Shown: positions 47,813 through 59,254 of the stretch, one piece after another
Layout: each line of letters starts with the position of its first letter
Position numbering within the stretch: position 1 is the stretch's first letter
Assembly (NCBI RefSeq): GCF_036971445.1
Contig: NC_091476.1
Coordinates: 43,152,001 to 43,216,000, forward strand
Direction: 5' to 3'
DNA length: 64,000 nt
DNA from: Narcine bancroftii
Taxonomy: Eukaryota
Position numbers and translations under genes: made by a program
The notes under the pieces: generated by a model
Seen by the model: only the letters and a program-made list of their open reading frames with translations
Told to the model about the DNA's origin: nothing
Databases searched by the model: none

Positions 47813-48388
47813 TGAATCCACACTGACCAAGCCATTTTCATTTGCCTGCATTTGTCCCATGTCCCTCCAAACCCTTCCTATCAATGTATTTTGAACATTA
47901 CAATCGTTCCCAGTACCACCACTTCCCTTGTCAGCTCGTTCCATACACCCAGTACACTCCATGAGAAGATAGTTCCCCTCAGGTCCCTTTTAACTCTCCC
48001 CCCACCCCCCACAATGCCCTCTGGTATCAGATTTCCCATCCCTTGGGAGAAAGATTATGATTATCTACTTTACCTGTGTCTCTCATGACTTTATATTCCC
48101 CACTGAACCCCCGAAGCTCCTCGAAGGAGAAAAGTCCAGAAAATTATTCAACAGGCCATGCAGCATCTGTGGGGGGGTGGGGGGGGGGGGGGGGGAAGAA
48201 AGAAGCAATGGGAGGGAGCCTGAGATATCAGTGTCACTTTTCTCTCCACACCTGCTCCACATCTCCAGCCCATTCTACATCAGTCGCTGGTGAAGCAAGT
48301 TTCTCAGGAAGCTTAAACCGGAGGTTTTATACTCATGTTATGCACTAGAACATTGGGCCAATCAATGCATCAGACATAAACCTTTCGG

Positions 48389-48959
48389 TAAAACTCCCAA
48401 ATGATCCAATATTATTTTTTTACTGGGAGATATTAGAGGGATTAAAAATGAATATGTATCAAGTAAAATTTGTTCAAATTGCCTTGGCAATAGATAGAAA
48501 ATGTATTGCTGTAACTTGAAAGTCGGATACTGATTTGGGAATGGATAGATAGCAGAAGTTTGGAGTTGGATTCCACTTGAGAAAATTACTTATAATTTAA
48601 GATATAAATATCATGCATTTTGTAAAATATGGAGCCCAAATTTACAAACTGTTGGTAGTAAAATTTAAATGAATCTTGAACATCCTCTTTCTCTTATAGG
48701 TCTCTATAAATATTTATATGCTCAAAAGTATCAGAAAGTGAAGTTCTCCTGTTGTGGTCTTCTTGTCCCTCTTCTCTTTCCTTTTTTTTCAGTTTAGAGA
48801 GGGTTGGGGGGAGAGGATAGGGGGGATTAATATGAGGTTTTCATCTTTTTTTAATTTATTTACTTTTTGTCATAAAATACCACAGGTATTTCGATTAAGT
48901 TTGAAATATTGTAATATGTTTGCTAAGTAGTTTTACATAAAATAAAGATTTTTTTAAAA
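48389..48959 (+). mobile_element. Old, diverged 5'-truncated L1 3' end
   Basis: Decayed ORF2 C-terminus (KFVQIALA..RKCIAVT, IPLEKITYNL), G-rich 3' UTR and AATAAA. Degenerate TSD AGACATAAACCTTTCGG at 48372-48388 and AGACATAAGCCTTTAGG at 48960-48976. Confidence 0.8.
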
Positions 48960-50109
48960 AGACATAAGCCTTTAGGATCCAGGATGACTTTGATGTAATG
49001 TAACATGTGCGCTGAATAATATCCAGGTAAATTCAGATCCATATTTTTCATAAATTAGAATGAGTTTATTGTCATAAACATTGTGCAATGTACATCTGCA
49101 CCAAAATTCTGACTTGCTGCAGCCGAACTGGTATTTGTAAAGAAAAGCTATGTTTGTAAAGTAAATTAATTAAATTAATGGAGACAATAAATATATAAAA
49201 TAGATAATAAATATTCACAGTAATCCCAGTGCAAATTAAAGGTGACTTGGAATAGTGCAGACAGACCTTTTGTGATGTTGGAGCAGCAAGGGGCAAGGGG
49301 AGGTTCAAGAGACTGACAGCTGTTGGAAAGAATCCATTCTTAAACCTGGAGATGCTGGTCTTCTGCACCATCAGCCAGAAGGTAGCAGTGAGAAGAAGTT
49401 GTGACCTGGGTGATGGGCATCCTTGGCTGCCTTCCTGAGGCAACAACACCTCATATAGCTGTCTTGAAAGGATGGAAGGTCAGTGAATGTGATGAAATTG
49501 ACAAGGTTAAACATGTCAGTTCAGGTGGTGTCGTCCATCCTGAAGTTGTTTTACCTTCAGTGAACAATGAACACATCGGTTATTCCATCAGGTCAAGGTT
49601 CAGTATTGCACACCCTTATCCATTCCCCACTCCTGCTGATCTCCAACCCAAAACTCTACTCCCCTCCTCGTACTTCCCACACCAAACCCCCCTGACATAT
49701 CCCCACCCTTCCAATCCTCTCAGCATTCAACCTTGTCACCATCCATTTCCCACCTTGACTCCCATCATCCTCCCCTCCCAGTCTTCCCATCCTCAAACCT
49801 GCTACTCGTTCATCCACCAATCCCTTCCCTCCACATCCATGTCACCCCATCATACCACCTTGGTTCTCTCTGTGGCTGTGTGAGTTATCCCCAGTTGCTT
49901 CAGCTTTATCCCAAAGAAACATGGGCTTGTAAGTTAATTGCGCAAGAGAGTGGTAGAATCTGGGAGTTGTTGAGGATATGGGAAGAACAAAAGACGCAAG
50001 ATTACTATGTACTGGGAGTTTGATGCTCAGAGTGGACTCTGTGCACTGAAGAACCTGTATCATACCATGACTCCAAGACCTGTTACCATGACTGGCCAGT
50101 TCACCCCTT

Positions 50110-50430
50110 GGATGGTCACAGTCTTTCTCCCAGAGTAGGAAAGTCCAAAACTCGAGGACATAGCTTTAAGGTGGAAGGGGAAATTTTAAAGGAGTTCTAA
50201 GAGGCATTTTTTTTCTCACAGAGCATGATGGGTGTGTGGAAATGAGCTGCCAGAGGAAGTGGTAGAGGTTGTGACAATTATATTTAAAAGGCATTTGGGT
50301 GGTTACAAGGATAGCAAAGACCTTAGAGGGAGATGACCAGCCGCAGGCAAATGGGACTTGGTCAGGAAGCCAACTGAGTTAGCATAGATGAGTTGGGCTG
50401 AAAGGCCTGTGAAAGGCTCTGTGTCTCTGT
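50110..50430 (+). mobile_element. CR1-like LINE 3' fragment
   Basis: AAAACTCGAGGACATAG and GAGCTGCCAGAGGAAGTGGTAGAGG signatures. Confidence 0.7.
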
Positions 50431-51516
50431 AGCCCCTTTTTTTTCCCCAATTGAGATATCTTCATTAGTTGCACCTGATCTCATTGATTCCTGCATGAAG
50501 TTATATTCAGTGCTCGTTAGTCCATTCTATTTGCATATTTCATGCAATTCATTTCAAACAAACAGAAGTCTGAATGACCCACATAGAGGCAGTCAGAACA
50601 CTATGCCTTAGAAAGCAGGGGGAGGCTGAGGGTTACTCATGTTTGGATGGCTATGCAAGAGGTGATCTTCTGAATCCTGGCTAATTGTGATGAATTCTTG
50701 CTGCACATAATCCCCATTCTTGGAATTTGTCAGCATAAATCAACTGCTAGTGAAAATCATCTCCAAATGGATGATAAGAAGGAGGGATTTGATACTGTAA
50801 GTAAATTAATAAATGTGCACTGGACTCAGGCAAGGAGATGCACGTGATAGATACAAATATCCAGTCAATGAAATGTGACATTTTTAATCCTACTTTATTT
50901 GAGGTGGTGCAATATTGCAGTGAATAAATTAAGGCTGGTGATTTGCAAGAGGTACAGGTTAGAGGTGGGGCTGCACAAATTTTCAAGAGGGTAGATTTAT
51001 CTTCTGGTAATTAGGGTTGAGATCTGTGGCAGTTTGTGGATGGTTTCTGGACTTCATTATTTTTAAATTTGTCGTACCAAGGATGTGATTTCAAAATGAA
51101 TTTGCATTGCTTCAAGATAAAACTGTGCTGTACAAAATGATCCATCAGTTTAAGTGAAACAGAAAGCATAGACAATGTGTTTAATTAAATCTCCTTCAGT
51201 TCAGCCAACTGCTATTGGACCAAATTCCTGTGAAGCTTTGGGTTGTTCTTTCCCACACCTTTTCAACTTTGTCCTTCCCAGGTATTCTGTTCAATTCCTT
51301 TCTGAAAGTTCCTCTTTAATCTGCTTTCACTACTCTTTCAGATTTTGGATGTTTTTTTTCTGCTTTTACTACATTTTCATACAAATTACCTGAAGTTTAT
51401 TGATTACAATTTTAGGATAATATCTATTTTAGGATAATATCTATTTCTATCACTCACTTAACACTGGCCAAGTTTTTTCTTTTGCTTCGAGGTCCATCTC
51501 CATGATGAAGACAAAA

Positions 51517-52013
51517 CCGGGGTTTCGGGCCCACCCCGGGGTTTCGGGCCCACCCCGGGGTTTCGGGCCCACCCCGGGGTTTCGGGCCCACCCCGGGGTT
51601 TCGGGCCCACCCCGGGGTTTCGGGCCCACCCCGGGGTTTCGGGCCCACCCCGGGGTTTCGGGCCCACCCCGGGGTTTCGGGCCCACCCCGGGGTTTCGGG
51701 CCCACCCCGGGGTTTCGGGCCCACCCCGGGGTTTCGGGCCCACCCCGGGGTTTCGGGCCCACCCCGGGGTTTCGGGCCCACCCCGGGGTTTCGGGCCCAC
51801 CCCGGGGTTTCGGGCCCACCCCGGGGTTTCGGGCCCACCCCGGGGTTTCGGGCCCACCCCGGGGTTTCGGGCCCACCCCGGGGTTTCGGGCCCACCCCGG
51901 GGTTTCGGGCCCACCCCGGGGTTTCGGGCCCACCCCGGGGTTTCGGGCCCACCCCGGGGTTTCGGGCCCACCCCGGGGTTTCGGGCCCACCCCGGGGTTT
52001 CGGGCCCACCCCG
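51517..52013. repeat. Perfect 19-bp minisatellite (ACCCCGGGGTTTCGGGCCC), about 26 units
   Basis: Directly visible; 25 full units plus partial ends; 79% GC; no variant units seen. Confidence 0.98.
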
Positions 52014-53013
52014 ATCAATGAGGATTGATAAGAACTTCTCCGCAATCTTCATCAGCACCAGGGCTGCGGACTTAACCCTCTGCTCTATGAACTTGACACC
52101 TGTGACTGTGTGGCTTGGTATGACAACAACATGGTTTAGAAAATTTGTGGACAAAATAGTGGATTGTATAAAATGGACTGATGAGTCAGCATTCTGTACA
52201 GAAGGGAGATTGAAAACTTGGCTGAATGATATCCTAACAACCTCTCAATGTCATCCAATCCAAGGTGCTGATTCTAGACTTAAGGAAAGAAAAGCCAGGG
52301 GTGTACGATCCAGTGATTATTCGGGGATCAGAGGTGGAGACAGTAAGCAAATTTAAATTTCTTGTAGGTACCAGGACCTTTTCTGGACTCTTCATATTAA
52401 TGAAATCGTAAAGAAAACATGTCAGACCTCTACCTCCTAGCAATTTGCAGAGTTTAGATGCTACATCGGAATCCTCGGCAAAATGCTCTAGATCTGTCAT
52501 GGAAAGTGTCTGACCGGTCTGGTATGCGGCAGAAACACCTCTGCAAAAGATAATGCATACAGCCCAGTTCATCACAGGCAAAACTCTCCCACCCACAAAG
52601 GACATCAATAGGGAATGCTGCTGTCGTAGAGCAGCAACAATCATCAAGGATCCACACCATCCAGAACTCATTCTGTTCTCACTGCTACTGTCAGGATAGA
52701 GGTACAGGTGTGACAAAACTCGCACCAGCAGGTTCAGGAACAGTTGCCACCCCTCCACCATCAGACTCCTAAACCACAAAGCCAATCAGAAACTCATTTA
52801 AGGACACTTACTTCACCCATTATTTATTATTGAATATTCAAGTTTTTCTGTATTACACAGTTGGATGTTTTCATTCCTTTCTTTACATCTGTCTTTTGCA
52901 TACGTATCTTTATTTCTGAGTGCAGTTTACAATTACCGAAAAGTAGAAATTCTGCCTGGCCAGCAGGATAAAATCTCAGGATGTTTGTGCTCTGACAACA
53001 AATCTGAACTTTG
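52014..53013 (+). mobile_element. Rex1/Babar-like LINE, RT to 3' end
   Basis: Homologous to 59400-60458; tail ACAACAAATCTGAACTTTGAA. Confidence 0.8.
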
Positions 53014-53039
53014 AATAAATTTCCCTCTGTTTCTCTCTG

Positions 53040-54800
53040 AATCTTGGTTTCGATGGGCCTTTTGGCCAACTGCCATGTGGTACTTTCTGTAAAACCTTGT
53101 TGGTCCATCTGAAGGGAGCTCCTGAAGCATAGGAAGAGATTGGTGGGGCACTGACTGAGATCCTCGCATCTTTGTTGACCATGGATGAGGTGGCAGATGA
53201 ATGGGGGACAGCAAATGTGGTTCCTTTAAGACCATGAGCAGGCAGAAACCAGGGGAGTACAGATCAGAGAGGTTTACATGAATGGGAGGGGAATTATTGG
53301 AATAAATTCTAAGGGATAGAATTTTTTTTGGACTTGAAAAATCAGCGATTTGTCAGAGATGGTCAAATTAGTTTTGGTCATGGGAAATCAGCTATCACTA
53401 ATTTGACTTTTTACAGAGTATATTGATGGGGGCAGTGTTGTCTGAATAAATTTTAGTGAGGTCTTTGACAAAGCTCCACATCTGTGGTTGGCATGGAAAT
53501 CCAGGGTAGGATGGATAATTAGGTCTAAATTTGGCTTGGTAATAGGAGACAAGGGTTGAAAGATGCTTTTCTAAGAGGTGTATGACCAGTGGTGTCACAT
53601 GAGAGTTAGTGCTGGGTACAGTCCTCTGATGTTTGTGATGATACATCAGCAGCTCAGATCTGTCAAACGGTGACAAGTTATTAGAATCCATGCCAAGAAA
53701 CAGTATACACCTTCACATAGGCCTGGCCTATTCAGGGGGAGTCAGCAGAGATTGTTGAGGGAGGGTTGCATCTGACTAGCAGATGAATTATTTTGGTAAT
53801 ATGGGCAGTCAATGGGGATAGTGTGTTTGCTGTTGTCAGCAGTGGATTTTAAACAGAGCTTTTGACACGTTTCAAACAACAGGGTGAAGTAAAATGCTTG
53901 TGATATCCAAGGTAGGACTGCCAACTTGATCCAAATCTGGAACTGAGGCTGCAAGCAATGGGACTCGAGGACTGTCGAAAGGCTTTGTACTCTGTCTTCC
54001 TTGCTCTAAATATATTGATGATTTAGAAAAATGTCGGCGTCATGGTGGAAAAAAAGTAGTTGAGAATACAAAGGTTGGTCTGATAGCGAAGAGGATGTGG
54101 AAAACTGCTTAAGATCATAAGAACACATGACAGAAGAGCAGAAATAGGCTATTTAGCCAATTGAGTTTGCCCTGTATCATGAGTTGATCCATTTTCCCCA
54201 ATGCCCGGCCTTCTCCCCATAACCTCTGATGCCTTGGCTAATGGCAAATGGAAAAGGAGCTCAGTTTGGAGAATTGCAAAGTCTTGCATTCAGGGAGCTG
54301 GAAACGTGCAATAGCACCAATACAAGGATGGTTTTGAATAGCATGGAGGGACACTGGGAGGGATTGTTCAGGGAGTGTATGTCCAACATACCTCAAAGGT
54401 ACCATGACAGGTCAATAAAGGGGTTCAAAACAAAGCATATGGGAGCTTTATTGATTAGCTACAGTTGATAGAAGGGAGTTGATGAGACCATTTCAACGCT
54501 GTTCTGGTCTCCACTCTATCTCGGACAGGCTGTGATTAAAGGTTTGGAGGATCTGGGCAGGAAGGTGAAGGAGAGGCTGTGCATGCTCCCCATGGACAAA
54601 CATGGATGACAGAAAATTAAAATGAGTACAAAAGATGAAGGCTCTAAACAGGAAAGGGGAAGGAATTAATTTTCTTAAGAGGGATTAAAAACCAAGAAGT
54701 TGGAAGTTCGTGTTTTTTGGAAGATTGAGAAGGGAAAATATTTTCACAAATGGTGGCAGGTGTCTGGAAGTCCATCTGAGGTGGGGGGGAGGGAGAGAGG
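53040..54800 (+). mobile_element. Old CR1-like RT remnants
   Basis: Decayed blocks AAATGTGGTTCCTTTAAG, CTTTGACAAAGCTCCACAT, TGACCAGTGGTGT and TTCTGGTCTCCAC. Confidence 0.55.
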
Positions 54801-54812
54801 GGAGACAACCTC

Positions 54813-54985
54813 TTCTTCTTTGGCTTGGCTTCGCGGCTGAAGATTTATGGAGGGGAAATGTCCACATCAGCTGCAGGCTCGTTTGTGGCTGACAAGTCTG
54901 ATGCGGTACAGTCAGACACGGTTGCAAGGGAAAATTGGTTGGTTGGGTGTTGGGTTTTTCCTTCTTTGTCTTTTGTCAGTGAGGT
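54813..54985 (-). mobile_element. Second RTE-clade 3' end, same family as 30999-31304
   Basis: CTTCTTCTTTGGCTTGGCTTCGCGG.. is nearly identical to the other copy, with small deletions. Confidence 0.85.
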
Positions 54986-55735
54986 TAGTTAAAAGGTTTC
55001 TATGGTTCCATGACTCTCAGCAATGCCTGAGGGGTGAATATTACATGTTTCTTCAGCCAACAATATCTGATTCCCAACAGTGGATAAATAACTACTTCTG
55101 TTTTCAAGGCTCAGGATTTAAGGTTTCTTTTATTGTCATGTAATTAATACATTAAAAATGTAACATACATAATGTATTTTAACTCTTGCCTGTTGTAAGG
55201 CAAAAAAAAAAGTTGCCATGAGCCTGGCACCAATAACAAATGGAGAAAGAGAAGCAAATGCGAGGCCCTTCAGCGTCACTGAGTGTTCATGGACTCTGCT
55301 CCTGCAGCCACTACAGTGGCATAGATTCCTGTTCAATTCATCAGCCACCTGATCTCCAAATCCATCAAGCACCATTTGAGCCATAGCTCGAGGATCTATC
55401 CTTGTGTGCACTGATATCTGCTTTCCAATCTCCCTCGTTCTGACTCCCAAAACCATCACAACACAGCAGCATTAAGCATACATGTACATTCACCATTATT
55501 TATTAACATAGAACACAAGAGTACAACGTAGGAATGCACATTTAAGTCCGTGTTTCTGTGCGCAACAGGGTGTCCAAATCAGATTACACGCCGCTACTTT
55601 CACCTGATCGTCTCTCCCAAATTCCCAACAACTTCTTGGTTTGGAAAATACTCTTTATGAGCCAAGGTTAGCAGAGCTAGAGTTTTTCTCCTTGGAGTGA
55701 AGAATGATGAGGGGTGACTTAATAGTGGTCTACAG

Positions 55736-56039
55736 CAATGGTTCTCAACCTTTTCCTTTCCACTCACATGCCATAGGTGCTCTGTGATTAGTAAGGGATT
55801 GCTTAATGAGGTATGTGGATGGAAAGAAAAAGTTTGAAAATCACTGTTTTAATTGTACCTAATTGTCTCGTTATGTGCACGGTTTCAGAACTCCAAAGGA
55901 AATGGGTCAATGGCAAATTTTTGCAAGCAAAATATTTCCGTAAAATTGAGTCTAGAGAACCATGTGGTACTTTCTGTAACCTTCCCTTCCTATTCATTTA
56001 GTGGTATGTGAGCAGAAAGAAAAAGGTTGAGAACCACTG
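55736..56039. mobile_element. hAT MITE (21675 family), internally deleted
   Basis: TIRs CAATGGTTCTCAACCT / AGGTTGAGAACCACTG. Confidence 0.88.
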
Positions 56040-56401
56040 GGATGGACATTTGGGCTTGAAGACATGGCATTTGGGAAAGAACTTTGAACCAACAGTGAGC
56101 TCAGAAAAAGAAGATTTTTGAAAGGAACAATTCTCAAGTTTAAAATAGTACAGAGAGTAATTCCAAATAAATATGTGAAGCATGTTTGCAGCAAATACCC
56201 TTTGGAGTAATTTGTAGACATTTTAATCAGTTTAATCAACATACCTAATTCTTGAGAAAAATTGCATTTGCCATTTGATAGCTGTAAACATTAAGCAACA
56301 GCCTTGAACCCATTGTGTATTTATTCAAGATATGCCAAGCCAATAATAACATTGATCCACAAGTTTAATTATTAAAGAAATTTGCAGTCAGTGCTTTAAA
56401 T

Positions 56402-56648
56402 CAGCCAATTTCAATGGTGGCCCCTACCCCCCACCTCCCTGTAGGTCATAGCACACTGAAGTAAAAGCCTTGTTTTCTTTTCACCTCATGTAACACAATT
56501 TTTTTTGATGTTTTTTTATGTAGTCAGTAGAAAAACAGAAGAAACCAAACTTGACCGCTTCACGAGGAGGGGGGCCCATAAACAGAGCAGAGTCGTTGAT
56601 TGGCGGGGGGGGGCAGGGTCATACCTGAAAAAGTGTTGAGAATGGCTG
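56402..56648. mobile_element. MITE of a second hAT-type family
   Basis: TIRs CAGCCAATTTCAA / TTGAGAATGGCTG. A further orphan end CAGCCATTTTCAA lies at 56706. Confidence 0.65.
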
Positions 56649-56813
56649 CTGTAGTGGAACTAAGTTAGGAGTCTGAATAGTTGCCTCCCTTATCAATGTG
56701 TACAACAGCCATTTTCAACAAGGGTCCTTTGCTTTTCCCCCCACCCCCCCCCCCTGCCGGGGCTGAGCACAATTAATAAGGACCTTGTCTATGCCTCTCG
56801 TGATCTTCTATAT

Positions 56814-57184
56814 CAGTTGTTCTCAACCTTTGTTTCCACTCACAAACCACTTTAAGTAATCCCTATGCTATAGTTGCTCTGTGATTAGTAAGGGATTGCT
56901 TAAGGTGGTATGTGGGTTGAAAGAAAAAGTTTGAAAACCACTGTTTTAATCGTACCTAATTGACTCGTCATGTGCACAGTTTCAGAATTCCAAATGAAAT
57001 GGGCCAATGACAATTTTTCCCCAGCAAAATATTTCAGTAACAATTGGGTCAAGAACAGTGGTTCTCAACCTTCCCTTCCCACTCACATACCACCTTAAGC
57101 AATCCCTTACTAATCGCAAAGCACCAATGGCATAGAGATTACTTAGAAGTATATGAGTGGAAAGAAAAAGGTTGAGAACCACTG
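56814..57184. mobile_element. hAT MITE (21675 family), full length
   Basis: TIRs CAGTTGTTCTCAACCT / AGGTTGAGAACCACTG; same 371-bp length as the 21675 copy. Confidence 0.9.
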
Positions 57185-58154
57185 GTCTACAAGATGATGA
57201 GAGGCATAGATAAAGTAGACAGTCAAAACTTTTTTCCCAGGGTGACAATAGCAAACACCAGAAGACATCTGTAAAAAGTGAAGGGAGGAAAGTTTAGGAG
57301 TGACATCGGGGTAAGTTTTTTTTTCATAGAGTTGTGGGTGGCTGGAGAGCATTGCTAGTGGTGGCGGAGGAGGATGGTAAAATAAGGGCATTTATGGGAC
57401 ACTTAGACAGGTGCATGGATACAAGAAAAATAGGTTGAGGTTTTTTGGGTTGGTATGTATGAGTTGGCACAATATTGTGGGCTGAAGAGCCTGTATGTGC
57501 TATTGTGTTTTAATTTCTAACTGCCCACAGATTCTACCTCTCTTCCCCTCAGCAGTGACAACTTACAGTATATTAACCAACTGGCCTGCACATCCTGGAG
57601 ATGTGCGATGGAAATAGAGACAACCTCTATCGGGGATAACCCAGATGGTCGGAAAGAAAACACGCCAACTCCATCGACTCATGTCTGAAGGGTTGGACTT
57701 AACCCAGGTCACTGGAACTGTTAAGCTCACTGTGCTGCCACAAAACCTCAAACACTGGTAGGAGCAGGAGTGTATCACCAGACCCTAGGCCTGACCCACC
57801 ATTCCATAGGACCATGGCTGGATCACTGGATATAAAGGAACCTGACGTACAGGTCGGCCATCCTGTTGACGTAGATGGCTGTGGAGTTCAAGCTATTTGG
57901 TATATTGAAGATGGGGTGGGGGGAAGATAGGTTCTTGATTCTGAGGGGATCAAGGGTTGAATGGGGTTAAAAAGGATAATAAAACAGCCATGAAAACTCG
58001 ATTGGTCAAATAGCCCCTAACTCTACTCCTAATTTTTATGGTTTCAATATCAGAACAGTATTAATGAATTGAATGGTTGCCTCCTGTTCCCTTGACGCTG
58101 GTGAAAATTAATTGATTTCTTGTAGAACGTCATAAGGTATGCTGGAGAATACTT

Positions 58155-58915
58155 CAAGTTCAAATGCAACCATGAGATTCTTTTCCTACGTGCCGACAGA
58201 ATTTTTACTTGTGATAACTGTAAACAGTACACAAGAAGAAAGATATGCAAGTGAAAGAGGGAAATGTAAACAAACTGTGCAAGAATAAAATATTCAATAA
58301 TAATGTGTAAAGTAAGAGTTCTGAAATAAGCTGACAGCCCGCGCCGGACGCCCCACAGTATGGGGACAGGTATTAGGGCTGTGGGGAGAGAGTGGTGCAG
58401 TGGGATCAGTGTGGGGATGTCCGTGCTGATAGCCCACATCTGCAGTCCCATCTCTGACAGCTAGCCATCCCAACCCTGACAGCTCGAAGGGACAGGAGCC
58501 GGAGTGCGCTCTGAGGCACCTCCCGTGAAGCTGTCCTTTTTAGCACTGCCACCTGAATGACCATTCCACAGGTCTGAATCTGCTTCTGCAGGTGCATTCT
58601 TGGCAGAGAAGAAGCCTTCTAATTGAGTTTGTTGTTTGAGTCTGATGGTGAAGGGGTAGAAACTTTACCTGAACCTGGTGGTGTCAATCTTGTGGTACCT
58701 ATACCTCTTTCCTAATGGCAGCAATGAGAACAGAGCATGTCCTGAGGGGTATGCATCCTTGATAATTGCTGATGCTCTCCAATGGCAGTGTTCCATGTAG
58801 ATGTTCTTGATGGTGGGGAGAGCTTTGCCTGTAATGTTCTTGGCTGTGTCCACTACCTTTTTCAGTGATTCCTGCTCAGAGGTATTGAGGTCTCCATACC
58901 CTTCAGTTGTGTGGA
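58155..58915 (-). mobile_element. Rex1/Babar-like 3' fragment with a ~280-bp insert
   Basis: Minus remnant DTAKNITGKALPTI...HALFSLLPLGKRYR. The 3' UTR is split by 58332-58611. Confidence 0.75.
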
Positions 58916-59254
58916 AATGAACACACAGATGAACCCCGTTCTTCGAATATACCTGTGGCCCAAAGGATGAGCTGTCACATCCTTCAAGTGTTGTCCATGT
59001 TGAATCAGGATCTGTTTGTTGAAAGTCAGTTTCTCAACACATTGTGAGTGTAAATATTCATGGAGCATTTGTGCCAACATTTGACATTTGTTTCATTCTG
59101 TTCCACAATAGACCTGTCTCTGGAGTCCAATTGAATAAGCACACATCAGTTTCACACTGGTATTGGGCCTTGTGTGATTGCTGCTGTTCCGAGATAATTA
59201 GATGCTCTTCCTACAAACATCAGCAGTTGCTGGAAAGAAAATGCCTCAGGCCTT

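Noticed and set aside
1387-48959. All four L1 copies on the plus strand as evidence for a minus-strand host gene
   Set aside because: Four copies are too few (1 in 8 by chance), and no host exon was identified.
51411-51444. Two-copy 17-bp tandem repeat TTTAGGATAATATCTAT
   Set aside because: Ordinary local slippage duplication.
44941-52013. CRISPR-like interpretation of the two arrays
   Set aside because: Units are head-to-tail with no spacers, there are no cas genes, and the context is eukaryotic.
51450-52356. Collagen-like Gly/Pro-rich ORFs in four frames
   Set aside because: By-product of the 19-bp minisatellite; open in several frames at once.
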